Below are positions 63,367-64,000 of a stretch of DNA of 64,000 bases, one piece after another. Origin of the DNA: Amoebidium appalachense (taxonomy: Eukaryota; Protista; Ichthyosporea); contig CAVNZM010000010.1 of NCBI GenBank assembly GCA_963693365.1, positions 7,379,794-7,443,793 on the forward strand. The letters run 5' to 3'. A program made the translations under genes and the position numbers. Position 1 is the first letter of the stretch. The number at the start of each line of letters is the position of its first letter. The notes under the pieces are model-generated. The model was not told the DNA's origin, ran no database searches, and saw only the letters and a list, made by a program, of their open reading frames with translations.

Positions 63367-64000
63367 ATGCAAAGCGAAAGCTCTGTACACATCTACACCT
63401 CCATCTACTTCTACCCTCCTTCACAAACCAACCATGAAGCCCGCCACCAGCAAGACTTCCGCCGTGCCAAGGGCGCCGGGCAAGACAAAGAAAACAAGCT
63501 TCCTCCTCCACTCAAGCCCATCAACCCCAACATCACCACCAGCACCAAGATGACCGTCGCCGGGATTCCTAACCGGGTGTGGCTGGGCCGTGTCACCAAC
63601 AAGGCCAGCTACAGCGCCGTGTACATCCTCAGCAAGCACATCTTTGAGACCGAAGATGAGATGGTGCTGGAAAACACCAACTTCAACGCCCTCCGCATCA
63701 AGAGCGACAAAGCCACCATCGGCCAGTGCCGCCTCCTTGCTTCCCTGCACACGGCCCTTCTCAACATCCCCCCTGCTGTGATCCGCAAGGCCCAGGCCGT
63801 ACACGGCTTCCTCAGGGACGGTGTAGACCTGAACACCGTGCGCACCACCACCCCTGCCGTGTGGAGCAGTCAGTGGGAGGAGGGCATGTCTGCTGCATTG
63901 GGCGCGGATCCCGTCACAGGTGAAGAGGTCCTGGACAACCTGGACGGCGGGGGCTTCAACATCACCATGGACTGGCCCTACAAGAGCGATGATGTCGTGA
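63367..64000 (+). CDS. Intronless ORF of unknown function, runs off the window end
   Basis: ATG 63367 after TATA-like CTATATAAG (~63317); over 210 stop-free codons with strong C-ending bias (MQSESSVH..RVWLGRVTNKASYSAVYILSKHIF..). Not listed in the ORF track because it has no stop in the window. Confidence 0.65.
   Translation, partial: MQSESSVHIYTSIYFYPPSQTNHEARHQQDFRRAKGAGQDKENKLPPPLKPINPNITTSTKMTVAGIPNRVWLGRVTNKASYSAVYILSKHIFETEDEMVLENTNFNALRIKSDKATIGQCRLLASLHTALLNIPPAVIRKAQAVHGFLRDGVDLNTVRTTTPAVWSSQWEEGMSAALGADPVTGEEVLDNLDGGGFNITMDWPYKSDDVV

Overview
Eukaryotic genomic DNA (organism not determined) in two parts. 1-25 kb is gene space with short exons, (CA/GT)n and poly-G/C-filled introns and some GC-AG donors. 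It holds two multi-exon genes of unknown function, tRNA-Gln(TTG), an Mpv17/PMP22-family gene and an intronless WD40-like gene. 25-64 kb is a dense nest of retroelements: a chromodomain Ty3/Gypsy element, two Ty1/Copia families, solo LTRs, a decayed Gypsy-derived element with young LTRs, a tRNA-bearing TRIM, and tyrosine-recombinase (DIRS/Ngaro/PAT-like) retroelements. Three things stand out. (1) The YR retrotransposon appears bipartite: one element encodes only Gag-like + YR and a second (two copies) only RT-RNaseH-methyltransferase, and both share split-direct-repeat architecture, an AT recombination core and hairpins with compensatory changes. (2) A 659-bp TRIM carries a tRNA-like gene in each LTR. 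(3) The Gypsy primer-binding site matches the 5' 16 nt of tRNA-Ala. A ~15-kb inversion (26140-41309) can be reconstructed from the split elements. All calls were made by eye; no searches were run.
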